Of a DNA stretch of 59,665 nt, positions 9,929 through 20,613 are shown piece by piece. Under the pieces are notes generated by a model. The model ran no database searches and had not been told where the DNA came from. It saw only the letters and a program-made list of their open reading frames with translations. Every line of letters starts with the position of its first letter. The first letter of the stretch is position 1. Position numbers and translations under genes: made by a program. The stretch is from Gammaproteobacteria bacterium (GTDB taxonomy: Bacteria; Pseudomonadota; Gammaproteobacteria; SZUA-140), in the NCBI GenBank assembly GCA_003230085.1, contig QIGV01000129.1, positions 1 to 59,665 of the forward strand. Reading direction: 5' to 3'.

Positions 9929-11260
9929 TTAGCTATTCCCATAGGCCTTGTCCAGCTGTTCAAGATAGGCCAGCTTCTCCGCGATCTTTTTTTCCAGCCC
10001 ACGCTGGACAGGACGATAATATTTTCGTTCACCCAGTGATTCCGGGAAATAACTTTCTCCGGCAGCATAGGCATCAGGTTCATCATGTGCATAACGGTAT
10101 GCTTTGCCATAATCAAGTTTCTTCATCAGCGTCGTCGGGGCATTACGCAGTTTGAGTGGAACGTCCAGTGATCCATGGTTTCGAGCATCGGCAAGCGCAG
10201 CACCGTAGGCTTTGTACACGGCGTTACTTTTGGGGGCGCAGGCTAGATATATCACAGTCTGAGCCAAAGCCAATTCACCTTCCGGGCTTCCCAATCTTTC
10301 CTGTGCTTCCCAGGCGTCAAGGGCCAGTCTCAAACTGCGCGGGTCCGCGTTGCCAATATCTTCACTGGCCATTCGTACCAGCCGCCGTGCAATATAGCGG
10401 GGATCACAGCCACCATCCAGCATGCGCGACAGCCAATAGAGCGCGGCATCCGGTGCTGAGCCGCGCACCGACTTGTGTAAGGCGGAGATCTGGTCATAGA
10501 AGGCCTCGCCGCCTTTGTCAAAGCGGCGTATGCTGCCGCTGGACAAAACATCATCGATTAATTTCTCGGTGATCTGCTTTTGCTGATTGTTGACTTCAGC
10601 AAGTTCGGCGGCAATTTCCAGAAAATTGAGCGCTCTGCGGGCATCACCGTCTGCCGCTGCCGCCAGGCGGTCGAGCGAGGATGCCTCAATGTTAATCCTC
10701 TGTTGACCCAATCCGTATTGCTCGTCTGTAATGGCGCGATCAAGTATGTGCCGTATATCGACCGGTTCCAATGGTTTTAGTACGTAGACGCGGGCCCTTG
10801 ACAGCAAGGCATTGTTCAATTCAAAAGACGGATTTTCAGTTGTGGCGCCGACAAAAATGAAAGTGCCGTCTTCGATGTAGGGTAAAAAGGCATCCTGTTG
10901 TGCCTTATTGAAGCGGTGGACCTCGTCGATAAACAATACAGTGCGTTGCTGTTTGTTGTCCAGGGTTTGCTGTGCTTCAGCGACCGCCGCGCGCACGTCT
11001 TTGACGCCGGCCAGAACAGCAGAAAGGCTAATGAAATAGGCATCCGCATAGTGGGCAATCATACGGGCCACAGTGGTTTTACCACTTCCGGGGGTACCCC
11101 ACAGGACCATGGAATGCAGCCTGTCTGATTCAATGGCGAGCCGTAGCGGTTTGCCTTTTCCCAGTATATGTTCCTGGCCGAAGAACTCATTCAGCTTTTT
11201 TGGCCGCATACGATCGGCAAGAGGCTGGATAAGGGATGTGTTTTTGTCCTGCATATTCAT
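9929..11260 (-). CDS. rarA: replication-associated recombination protein A (AAA+ ATPase)
   Basis: 443 aa with Walker A GTPGSGKTT, Walker B LFIDEVHRF and a conserved MgsA C-terminal domain. Its stop is directly abutted by the crcB ATG. Confidence 0.95.
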   Translation of the reverse strand: MNMQDKNTSLIQPLADRMRPKKLNEFFGQEHILGKGKPLRLAIESDRLHSMVLWGTPGSGKTTVARMIAHYADAYFISLSAVLAGVKDVRAAVAEAQQTLDNKQQRTVLFIDEVHRFNKAQQDAFLPYIEDGTFIFVGATTENPSFELNNALLSRARVYVLKPLEPVDIRHILDRAITDEQYGLGQQRINIEASSLDRLAAAADGDARRALNFLEIAAELAEVNNQQKQITEKLIDDVLSSGSIRRFDKGGEAFYDQISALHKSVRGSAPDAALYWLSRMLDGGCDPRYIARRLVRMASEDIGNADPRSLRLALDAWEAQERLGSPEGELALAQTVIYLACAPKSNAVYKAYGAALADARNHGSLDVPLKLRNAPTTLMKKLDYGKAYRYAHDEPDAYAAGESYFPESLGERKYYRPVQRGLEKKIAEKLAYLEQLDKAYGNS

Positions 11261-11275
11261 TTCGTCAGACGCCGA

Positions 11276-11995
11276 TCACCCACCTGTATCGCGAATCACG
11301 TCAGCATCAGGCGGCGGTACAAATTTGAATCTTTCTGGATCGATTGGGATGTTTTTTTTCAGCTTGTGGAATGTAAGGATTGAAGTCTGGCCAAAGCTGT
11401 CGATCATTTCCATGATGGCAAGTGTGCCCTTGGTAAATCCCAGCCGAATGCTGTCGAATCCGGTATTGTCATTCCTGGGACGCAGTTCAACCCATGCCAT
11501 GCCTTCGCTGTTGTCCAGTTCTGTGATCAGGAAGGATTCATCCAGAGGCTGTCGGCTGCTCAATAGTGCTGCCGGGGTGCCATTGAAATTTTTGTCCAGT
11601 GCTCTGACCGTGACTTGTGCAAGGTCGTGGTCGTAGAGCCATAACTTGTTGCCATCGGTGACAATGTCCTGTTGATAGGGGGTCAAATATTGCCAGCGGA
11701 ATTTCATGGGTCTGGATAACTCCACAGTTCCGGTTGTCTGCTGGATTATATCCCCGTCAGGATTAAGTACTGATTGCTCAAATGTGGCCTGCAGGCTGTC
11801 CAGGTCCTGGAAAAACTGATCCAGTTGAATCCTGCCAGATGTTGAATTTGGCGCCTGCTCTACGCGAGAGCTTGCAGATGCAGTATCAGAAAACCAGCAG
11901 GTGACTGCACCGAGCAATACTATGAAAGGCAGCAATCTTGTTGGAGGGCTAATCGCATTCTGAATGCTGGACAAAACCAAGATCAAATTACTCAA
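11276..11995 (-). CDS. lolA: outer-membrane lipoprotein carrier protein LolA
   Basis: LolA-like sequence (QLDQFFQDLDSLQATFEQ ... KLWLYDHDLAQVTV) between ftsK and rarA, as in E. coli. The annotated start is a TTG directly after the ftsK stop. The exact start is uncertain. Confidence 0.85.
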   Translation of the reverse strand: MSNLILVLSSIQNAISPPTRLLPFIVLLGAVTCWFSDTASASSRVEQAPNSTSGRIQLDQFFQDLDSLQATFEQSVLNPDGDIIQQTTGTVELSRPMKFRWQYLTPYQQDIVTDGNKLWLYDHDLAQVTVRALDKNFNGTPAALLSSRQPLDESFLITELDNSEGMAWVELRPRNDNTGFDSIRLGFTKGTLAIMEMIDSFGQTSILTFHKLKKNIPIDPERFKFVPPPDADVIRDTGG

Positions 11996-14287
11996 TTAAT
12001 CAGGCGGCGGGGGTGGGGCCAGCACCTCACGTGAGCCATTGGATTCCATGGGGCTGACCACGCCTGAGCGCTCCATGTCTTCAATAATACGCGCAGCGCG
12101 GTTATAGCCAATTTTAAGCCTGCGTTGAACCCCTGAAATTGAAGCTCTGCGGGATTCTGTCACGATACGAACGGCCTGGTCATAGAGCGCATCCGATTCG
12201 GAATTGTCGCTTGCGACAAACCCGTCTGTATCACTGTCAAATTCGTTCCCTTCCAGAATCTGGTCCAGATAATTTGGTTCGCCGGACTGTTTCAGATTAT
12301 CGACAACCTTGTGTACTTCATGGTCGTCCACGAAGGCGCCGTGAATACGGGTGGGTACACTGGTGCCGGCTGGCAGATACAGCATATCGCCATGACCCAG
12401 TAACTGCTCAGCACCCATCTGGTCAAGGATAGTGCGGGAATCAATTTTCGACGATACCTGAAATGCGATACGGGTTGGGATGTTGGCCTTGATCAGACCG
12501 GTTATGACATCAACAGAGGGACGCTGTGTTGCCAGAACCAAATGTATACCAGAGGCACGGGCCTTTTGGGCAAGGCGTGCAATGAGTTGCTCAACCTTCT
12601 TGCCTACCATCATCATCATGTCAGCCAGTTCATCAACGATAACGACGATGTATGGCATTTCAGTCAGCTCCGGTGCTTCTTCGCCTTCTATCGGTGGCGC
12701 AAAGGGATCAGTAATCGGTGAGCCTTCATCGGCAGCAGTTTTTATTTTCCGATTAAAATTGGCGATATTGCGCACGCCCATAAAGGCCATCAGCTTATAG
12801 CGGCGCTCCATTTCACCGACACACCAGCGCAAGGCATTTGCAGCATCCTTCATGTCGGTTACCACTGGCGTTAACAGATGGGGGATGCCTTCGTAAATAG
12901 ACAGCTCCAACATTTTGGGATCTATCATGATGAGACGCATATCTTTAGGCGTCGCGTTATATAACAGGCTGAGGATCATGGCGTTAATGGCAACAGATTT
13001 ACCTGATCCGGTCGTGCCGGCGATCAGTAAGTGAGGCATCTTGACGAGATCAACGACAACTGGATGGCCGCTGATATCCTTGCCTAATGCCAATGGCAGG
13101 GGAGAACCTGCCTTTTCAAATTGTATGGATTGCAGGATTTCACTCAGGCGCACAATTTCCCGATGATCATTGGGTATCTCGACGCCAATGACGGACTTGC
13201 CGGGAATGACTTCCACGATCCGGACGCTGATGGCTGACAGCGCGCGCGCGAGATCTTTGGAAAGGTTGCTGATCTGGCTGACCTTGACACCTGGCGCTGG
13301 TTGCAGTTCATAGCGGGTAATGACTGGCCCAGGATGCACAGCGACCACCTGGACATCAACGCCGAAATCCTGCAGTTTTAGCTCAACCTGGCGGGAGATT
13401 GCCTCCAGGGCAGCCTCAGAGACTTGATGCTTGGGTGGCTCAGCCTCATCCAGCAAGGAAAGGGGAGGTAAATCGCTGTCCTCAGGGGAAGTAAACAGGG
13501 TGACCTGTTTTTCCTTTTCAATCCTGATGCCGGTCTCCGGTTTTTTCACGAGCGGCTCGATTCTGGGTTTAGGACGTATTTTTTTCCTGATGTTTTCGTC
13601 CTTAATGGCCTCCACGCGTTTTTTTCGTGCCTGGCGGGCTGTAAAGTAATCCACCAGGCGTCTGCTTTGGGAAGCAATCCAGGCGCTAAAAGACAGGGTG
13701 AGTTTGCCAATGGTATCCATCAGCGAAATCCAGGATAGGCCGGTAAACAGGGATATGCCAGTGAGGAAAAAGGCCAGCAGGAAAAGGGTGGCACCAAAAA
13801 AATTGAACGGCGTCACCAGCAGCGTGGCGGTGATGTCACCGAGGATGCCGCCCGGGTTAGTAGGAAGGTTACCGGGCAGGTTTGTGAAGTGGAGCGTTGT
13901 AATACCTGCGCCCGTAATCAGGGTGAGCAGAAAGCCGCAGGAGCGTATCAACAGACGGCGCAGGTTAGAAGGGATATCCTGATAGCGTCCTTGATAAAAT
14001 AGATAGCCACCGTAGACGAGCATCACCGGGAACAGATAAGCGAGGTATCCGAAATAAAACAGAAACAGGGAGGAAAACCAGGCGCCTACAATCCCCCCTG
14101 CATTGGTGACCTGATTTGTAGTAGCGCTGTACGCCCAGCCAGGATCAGAGGAGCTATAGGTCAGCAAAGAGATCAACATGTAAATGGCAGTGGCACCAAA
14201 TATCAGGAGCACGCCCTCGCGGATACCGGTGCCGTGAGGTGCGATGATATCAGTGCGGGTTTCTTTTCTTCGTGTAGCCTGTGCCAA
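11996..14287 (-). CDS. ftsK: DNA translocase FtsK
   Basis: 763 aa. It has N-terminal multi-pass membrane helices and a short linker. The motor domain carries Walker A GTTGSGKS. The gamma domain is a C-terminal winged helix ([23 protein letters not shown]). Confidence 0.96.
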   Translation of the reverse strand: MAQATRRKETRTDIIAPHGTGIREGVLLIFGATAIYMLISLLTYSSSDPGWAYSATTNQVTNAGGIVGAWFSSLFLFYFGYLAYLFPVMLVYGGYLFYQGRYQDIPSNLRRLLIRSCGFLLTLITGAGITTLHFTNLPGNLPTNPGGILGDITATLLVTPFNFFGATLFLLAFFLTGISLFTGLSWISLMDTIGKLTLSFSAWIASQSRRLVDYFTARQARKKRVEAIKDENIRKKIRPKPRIEPLVKKPETGIRIEKEKQVTLFTSPEDSDLPPLSLLDEAEPPKHQVSEAALEAISRQVELKLQDFGVDVQVVAVHPGPVITRYELQPAPGVKVSQISNLSKDLARALSAISVRIVEVIPGKSVIGVEIPNDHREIVRLSEILQSIQFEKAGSPLPLALGKDISGHPVVVDLVKMPHLLIAGTTGSGKSVAINAMILSLLYNATPKDMRLIMIDPKMLELSIYEGIPHLLTPVVTDMKDAANALRWCVGEMERRYKLMAFMGVRNIANFNRKIKTAADEGSPITDPFAPPIEGEEAPELTEMPYIVVIVDELADMMMMVGKKVEQLIARLAQKARASGIHLVLATQRPSVDVITGLIKANIPTRIAFQVSSKIDSRTILDQMGAEQLLGHGDMLYLPAGTSVPTRIHGAFVDDHEVHKVVDNLKQSGEPNYLDQILEGNEFDSDTDGFVASDNSESDALYDQAVRIVTESRRASISGVQRRLKIGYNRAARIIEDMERSGVVSPMESNGSREVLAPPPPPD

Positions 14288-14369
14288 AGGAAGTTCCTAT
14301 TGGTGCCCTATTATAAAATTCACCGGAAATTTAACGATTCTGGAAGGTGATGTCACGTCTTTTCTAGTT

Positions 14370-14533
14370 AAGGAACCTCTGATCAAGTCTGGGCGAGCTG
14401 AATTGAGATTTAAAATATTCAAGTTTAAGGCGCAAATCGCAGGTAATAGCGGGACTATTGCCAAGATTTGCAACGCAGAAGTTGAATATTTTAGACTCAA
14501 GGCTGCCGCTCATGACTTGATCAGGGGTTCCTT
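14370..14533. repeat. 20-nt inverted repeat (1 mismatch) bracketing ~124 nt; the right arm is the last 6 codons of ald
   Basis: 14370-14389 (aaggaacctctgatcaagtc) compares with the reverse complement of 14514-14533 (aaggaacccctgatcaagtc). Both arms encode KEPLIKS on opposite strands. Confidence 0.8.
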
Positions 14534-15589
14534 GGCTAAAGCGGGATGGACAATCTTACCTTGTTTAATGTTGATGCCGCTAGCTAATTCAGGCTTCTCC
14601 TCCCAGCCTTCCTGGCTGATTGCCAGCGCATAGGGTGTCAAGACTGCCGATAAGGCTTGTGAAGCACTACGTGGGACAGCGCCAGGCATGTTCGTTACCC
14701 CAAAATGTATGACGTCTTCACACAGGTAGGTGGGATCCGCATAGTTAGTCGGGCGGATTGTCTCGATGCAGCCACCCTGATCAACCGATACGTCAATAAC
14801 GACACTACCAGCGCCCATGTGGCGCACCATCTCGGTAGATACCAGGTGAGGGGTCTTTTCACCGGTAATGAGGATTGCGCCGATTAAAAGATCTGCTGAA
14901 CTGATTTCCCTGTCCAGAGAATCAGCGTAGGAATACAGGCCTGTTACGTTATCGCCTATTTCTCTGGCTTGCTCCAGTTTCGTGCGGTCCCGATCGAACA
15001 CAATAACCTCTGCACCCAATGCTGCCGCTACTCGAGCAGCGCCACTGCCTGCGGTGCCTGCACCAAGGACAATGACCCGGCCTCTTTCAGCGCCACTGAC
15101 GCCGCCCAGAAGAATGCCTTTGCCGCCCTGTGAATGATGCAGTAGGTGACAGCCGATTTGGGCCGCAAGTCGCCCGGCAATATCACTCATGGGCGCCAGA
15201 AGTGGCAGACGCCCCTGGCAGTCCATTACGGTTTCAAAGGCGACCGCAATCAGGCCGATGGCTTTCAGTCTATCCGTAAGCGCCGGATTGGCGGCTAGAT
15301 GCAGGAAACTGAACAGTATATGGTCCGGTTTTAAATAATCCAGTTCCGCATCGACCGGTTCCTTGACCTTGATGATTAGCTGAACCTTGCTATAAAGTTC
15401 CTCTGCTGTGGAAAGGATTTGTATGCCCACAGCAGAATATGCGGCATCCGGATATCCGCTTAATAAGCCTGCGCTGGATTCGATGTAGACCTCATTCCCG
15501 CATTGAACCAGTTCTGCAGCTGCGGCAGGAATCAGGCCGACTCGGCCCTCATAAGCTTTGATTTCCCGAGGGATACCGATACGCATCAT
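14510..15589 (-). CDS. ald: alanine dehydrogenase
   Basis: N-terminal MRIGIPREIK..EGRVGL, a Rossmann motif VLGAGTAGSGAA and the overall AlaDH/PNT fold. The start was set at the ATG at 15589. The ORF-track 27-aa extension was rejected. Confidence 0.88.
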   Translation of the reverse strand: MMRIGIPREIKAYEGRVGLIPAAAAELVQCGNEVYIESSAGLLSGYPDAAYSAVGIQILSTAEELYSKVQLIIKVKEPVDAELDYLKPDHILFSFLHLAANPALTDRLKAIGLIAVAFETVMDCQGRLPLLAPMSDIAGRLAAQIGCHLLHHSQGGKGILLGGVSGAERGRVIVLGAGTAGSGAARVAAALGAEVIVFDRDRTKLEQAREIGDNVTGLYSYADSLDREISSADLLIGAILITGEKTPHLVSTEMVRHMGAGSVVIDVSVDQGGCIETIRPTNYADPTYLCEDVIHFGVTNMPGAVPRSASQALSAVLTPYALAISQEGWEEKPELASGINIKQGKIVHPALAKEPLIKS

Positions 15590-15787
15590 TGATCTTGTAA
15601 ATTCCTGGTTGCAACCTGATTCGAGGTATTTAAAAATTGCCCGGGTTCTATTCTGTAGGGCAAGCTTCAATGCTTGCCCATGCTCTTTATGTATAAAGTG
15701 GTATTATAGGCAGGGGTCTGAATCCATGGGTTAAGGCTTGACCAATATTAAGCCCTGAGTCTTCGTTACAAAACAATTTGACTCTAA

Positions 15788-16792
<1,005 letters not shown>

Positions 16793-16864
16793 CATAGCGA
16801 GCAATCGCATAGGTGGCCCGGATTCTGCAGATTAATCCGCACTCGTTAAGGGGAGGAGGTCGAT

Positions 16865-17182
16865 ATGTTGAATTTGGCTGAAAATCGCAAATACCCACGA
16901 ATGTCCTTGGACTGCGGTATTACTTATCGCTATGTTGATGAAGAATCAGATAAAGAAGCGGTGGTTAAAAGCATCAGCGGAAATGGCATGATGTTTGTTG
17001 CTGATGAAGGCCCGCAGGTAGGAGATCTGTTGGAGATCAAGATCCAGCCTGGTAGCTTGTCTATACCCACTCTGGATGCGATCGTGGAAGTTGTAAGAGT
17101 GCGCACTGGAACAAATGGGAAATCACTGAATACACAGGCGACATGCTATGAAGTTGCTGCCATGATTCATTCCATGAAATAG
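16865..17182 (+). CDS. stand-alone PilZ domain protein (putative c-di-GMP receptor)
   Basis: 105 aa. It has an RxxxR motif (RKYPR) near the N-terminus and a near-canonical (D/N)xSxxG motif (SISGNG). A strong SD (GGAGGAGG) lies 5 nt upstream. Confidence 0.75.
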   Translation: MLNLAENRKYPRMSLDCGITYRYVDEESDKEAVVKSISGNGMMFVADEGPQVGDLLEIKIQPGSLSIPTLDAIVEVVRVRTGTNGKSLNTQATCYEVAAMIHSMK

Positions 17183-17290
17183 CCAAATCCTGTTTCTAAC
17201 ATCGCTGCATAATAATAGTCTCCCCGTCGTTCTGTAAGCCGCACATTCGGGTGCCATGATACCGGTGCCTTTCGTATCCTTGAATGCCCC

Positions 17291-17989
17291 ATGAAAACAC
17301 CTTTTTTTCTTAATTCACTGAATACGATTGAGCAATTCCCTGATGTTTCGCAGGCTCTGAAAGACCCCAATGGCTTGCTGGCCGTTGGCGGGGACCTCTC
17401 TCCCGAGCGCTTGCTGCAGGCTTATCTGCAAGGTATTTTCCCCTGGTACAGCAATAATCAGCCTGTCATGTGGTGGTCGCCAGATCCGCGCATGGTGCTC
17501 TTCCCCTCAGAACTCAAGGTTTCGCGTAGTCTGCGACGCGTGGTTCAAAAAGGCAGGTTCAGGGTTACGATCGACAAGGTTTTTCCTCAGGTGATCAGGG
17601 CTTGCGCTCAACCGCGTGATAATGAGGGGGAAACCTGGATTACGCCAGAGATGGAACAGGCTTATATTGATCTACACCAGTTAGGGTGGGCCCACTCTGT
17701 TGAAGCCTGGTCTGGTACGGAGCTGGTTGGAGGATTTTATGGGATTTCTATCGGGCGGGTATTTTTCGGTGAGTCCATGTTCTACAAAGAGCCGGATGCC
17801 TCCAAGGTAGCCTTTGTTGTCTTTGTCAGGCAGCTTCAGGAATGGGGTTTCGAGTTAATTGATTGCCAGATGACTACCTCCCATTTGCTCAGTTTTGGTG
17901 CTCGTGAGATTGCCAGGAAAAAATTTATCGATCTGTTAGATAAATGGTGCAGTATCAACACCAGGGAAGGAGTTTGGAATTCAGATTGA
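17291..17989 (+). CDS. aat: leucyl/phenylalanyl-tRNA--protein transferase
   Basis: 232 aa with NGLLAVGGDLSPERLLQAYLQGIFPW and GESMF motifs typical of Aat. Confidence 0.93.
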   Translation: MKTPFFLNSLNTIEQFPDVSQALKDPNGLLAVGGDLSPERLLQAYLQGIFPWYSNNQPVMWWSPDPRMVLFPSELKVSRSLRRVVQKGRFRVTIDKVFPQVIRACAQPRDNEGETWITPEMEQAYIDLHQLGWAHSVEAWSGTELVGGFYGISIGRVFFGESMFYKEPDASKVAFVVFVRQLQEWGFELIDCQMTTSHLLSFGAREIARKKFIDLLDKWCSINTREGVWNSD

Positions 17990-18028
17990 CATTATCATAA
18001 AGTAACGAAAACCATTATATGGTTCTGT

Positions 18029-20380
18029 CTACCTGTTTTCGAGGCGGTTGTAGTCGAACAGGCCTGCCTCAATCGGTGAGAGATTCTTATAGGCGGTCTG
18101 CAGATAATCACTGTGCGCCCAGAAATCAGGATCAGTGCGGCGCACCCCGAAGCGGCTGACAAGCGTCTGATAATCTTCCTCGTTGGCAAGGTTGGCAGCA
18201 GCCGTGACGAAATCCGATAGGGCTTCTTTTGTTACACGGTAGAAAACATTGGGATATGAACCGATAAAACCACGGGTAATGGTCAGGGTATCTTCTGACG
18301 GCAAGCGCCTTTGATCCTGATGAAAAAGTTGAGATACATTACTCTGCCCCATGTTATGGACCAGCGTGTATATTTTTGGTGGCCTGCTATCCTGGTCCTG
18401 GTTGCTAACGGACAGGAATGCTATATGGGGTAACCAACTGACTGGGTTTCCTTGTAGCCTGGATAATTTTTCCAAATGTTGTTTGATGTCAATATCGTCT
18501 TCACCATCGATTGTATAACGCTTGTACAGTATAGTGGCCAGGCGCTGATGCAGCATTTTATATAGTTCTGATTTGGGGTCATCAGTCTTGTAAGTGATAT
18601 TGGTTTGCTGATCAAAATCGTTACTGCGATTGTGGATGTAGTTTCTGACATTCCTGTTTGTCCCGCGATACCAGTAGTCCCATTCTTCTTCGCGCATATT
18701 CCTGGGTAGCAGAGTCAGAAAATTGAATTCTCCTTCCATTCGCAGAAAATCCATATACAGGCGCGAATTTAATTGGTGTCCGACATTGCCGAAAACGTCA
18801 AATCCTGCAACCAGCAGGTAGTGGATGCGCTCAAGCATGGGATAGTCAATGACCCATGCTGTTTTAGGGTTGTCGCCAACGAATCCCTGAACGACTGTCG
18901 CACTGTCAAAATGACGAAAAACAGTCAAGGCGGCATTCTTGTTCCAGCCATCACCATCCCATATCAGATCCAGGTTAATGGCGTCTGGTTGGGCCAGATT
19001 TTCCTCCATGTACTTCATCTTGGCCTTCAGGTATTTGTTTTGTAGTCTTGAATATTTGCGCCACGTTGACAACAGCCGCGTATTGCTTTCCCTTTCAGTA
19101 GGCAGACTCAGGTTGTTGAGCTCACGGGCTAAAAATTCTTCTCTATTGTCAAGAACCCCACTGTCCGGGTTGACAAACATAACCCAGAATTGTTCATCAA
19201 TGACGCTGAGTGCTACCTGACCCCGACATACCGGCCCCTTGATAAAACCCATGATGGTGAAGCGGGCCTCATCGATGAGAAATCTGTAGCGGGAGTCTGC
19301 AGGGATATTCTTAAAGGTGACAAATGGATTTGCCGCAACGTCAGGGTCGTAGGAGGGTAATTTATGGACTTCATAATCGGGTGCCAGAAAGAGCTCCTGG
19401 TACCGCAACATGCGTGCGGTATTGAGCGCATAGGGCATGTGCGTTTTGTCCAGTATGGTGGTGCGTAACGCCTGCAGTCGATAGTAGACTTGATTGGCTT
19501 TCGGGTCATCATATGGGCGGCGGGTTGCAATCAGATCAATAGGTGCGCCAGGGGGAGATTTTGAGCGCACCAGACGAAAGACCGTTCGCGGAGACAAGTC
19601 GCTGAAATAAAGACTGGCCAGGAACAGGTGCTCATAGAGATAGCGGCTCATCAGTTGCTGCTTCAAGGTGCCGCTATTGAGAAAAGCCTCCCATTTATCG
19701 ATGCGTGCCTGAAAAGTGGATGCCAGTGCTGGTGGCTCGTAATAGGGGGCTCCCTGTTTCAGCCAGTCAATCAAGGTGGAGAATTCTCTGTCTTTCAGGC
19801 TTGGCAAGCCATAAGGCATTCCCCATAATGGGTGTTTTCGGGAAAAAGAATTGAACTCCTCAACGGTTGGACATTGTTGTTTCCGGTCTAGGGAAAGGTC
19901 AAAACTGTCAGGCAACTGCTTTGTTTTCGGCAGGGGATGCTGGCGTTTCATCAGCAGCATTTTAGCCATGACACCGGCATTGATGTTGGCCTCACTAGTC
20001 TGACTGCGTTCATTCAAGACTGGGTAAAACCCTCTTTCACGCCACTGAGGTGGTGTTCTGGCATCCACGAAGAGACGGCTGGGTATGGTCGCCAGTATAC
20101 GGGTATCATAGATATCTTCCTTGTTGGCGCCACGATCGATGCCTTCATAGGCACTCATTTTCAGCTGACATGGCGCATCGTAACAGCCATGACAAACCAC
20201 ACAGCGGGATTCCAGAATCGGTTTTACATCATGCCAGTAATCAATTGTGGCAGGTACAGATGCCTCCATCAGGCGGTTCTGAGGGGCGGCGTTCCCGTAT
20301 TGCTTGTCCATCTGAATTCGGGACAGCATCGTGCAGCCGCTTAGTAGTAGTATGATTGACAGGAGATAGGTCCAGCGCAT
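18029..20380 (-). CDS. cti: fatty acid cis/trans isomerase (heme c-containing, exported lipoprotein)
   Basis: 783 aa. The lipobox signal peptide is LLLSGC. The N-terminal CVVCHGCYDAPCQLKM heme-binding block and the overall length match the Pseudomonas/Vibrio Cti family. Confidence 0.8.
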   Translation of the reverse strand: MRWTYLLSIILLLSGCTMLSRIQMDKQYGNAAPQNRLMEASVPATIDYWHDVKPILESRCVVCHGCYDAPCQLKMSAYEGIDRGANKEDIYDTRILATIPSRLFVDARTPPQWRERGFYPVLNERSQTSEANINAGVMAKMLLMKRQHPLPKTKQLPDSFDLSLDRKQQCPTVEEFNSFSRKHPLWGMPYGLPSLKDREFSTLIDWLKQGAPYYEPPALASTFQARIDKWEAFLNSGTLKQQLMSRYLYEHLFLASLYFSDLSPRTVFRLVRSKSPPGAPIDLIATRRPYDDPKANQVYYRLQALRTTILDKTHMPYALNTARMLRYQELFLAPDYEVHKLPSYDPDVAANPFVTFKNIPADSRYRFLIDEARFTIMGFIKGPVCRGQVALSVIDEQFWVMFVNPDSGVLDNREEFLARELNNLSLPTERESNTRLLSTWRKYSRLQNKYLKAKMKYMEENLAQPDAINLDLIWDGDGWNKNAALTVFRHFDSATVVQGFVGDNPKTAWVIDYPMLERIHYLLVAGFDVFGNVGHQLNSRLYMDFLRMEGEFNFLTLLPRNMREEEWDYWYRGTNRNVRNYIHNRSNDFDQQTNITYKTDDPKSELYKMLHQRLATILYKRYTIDGEDDIDIKQHLEKLSRLQGNPVSWLPHIAFLSVSNQDQDSRPPKIYTLVHNMGQSNVSQLFHQDQRRLPSEDTLTITRGFIGSYPNVFYRVTKEALSDFVTAAANLANEEDYQTLVSRFGVRRTDPDFWAHSDYLQTAYKNLSPIEAGLFDYNRLENR

Positions 20381-20613
20381 GTTTTCTCAATCGAATGTGT
20401 ATTTAGAAATATTTAATATATTATTTAGAATGGTATTGTGCGAGTAGGCCGTTATCATGCGCCATCCATTTTCTCATCATAATAAGTTGTTCTGCTGTTG
20501 GCAAGAATACGGGATTTGGCCCATAGACTTTTCAATCATTGTGAATTATAGATAAGCGGTCGTATACTTTCTCAGTATCCGCACCTCTCGCTATAAATAG
20601 ATCAAGAGCAAAT

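Noticed and set aside
9900-9960. A fluoride riboswitch upstream of crcB.
   Set aside because: There is no intergenic space, because the rarA stop abuts the crcB start. No crcB-motif sequence was seen.
14244-14633. The plus-strand 129-aa ORF and the minus-strand 67-aa ORF in the ald-ftsK spacer.
   Set aside because: The plus-strand ORF is produced by the inverted duplication of the ald terminus and then runs antisense into ald. No ribosome-binding sites or family resemblance were seen.
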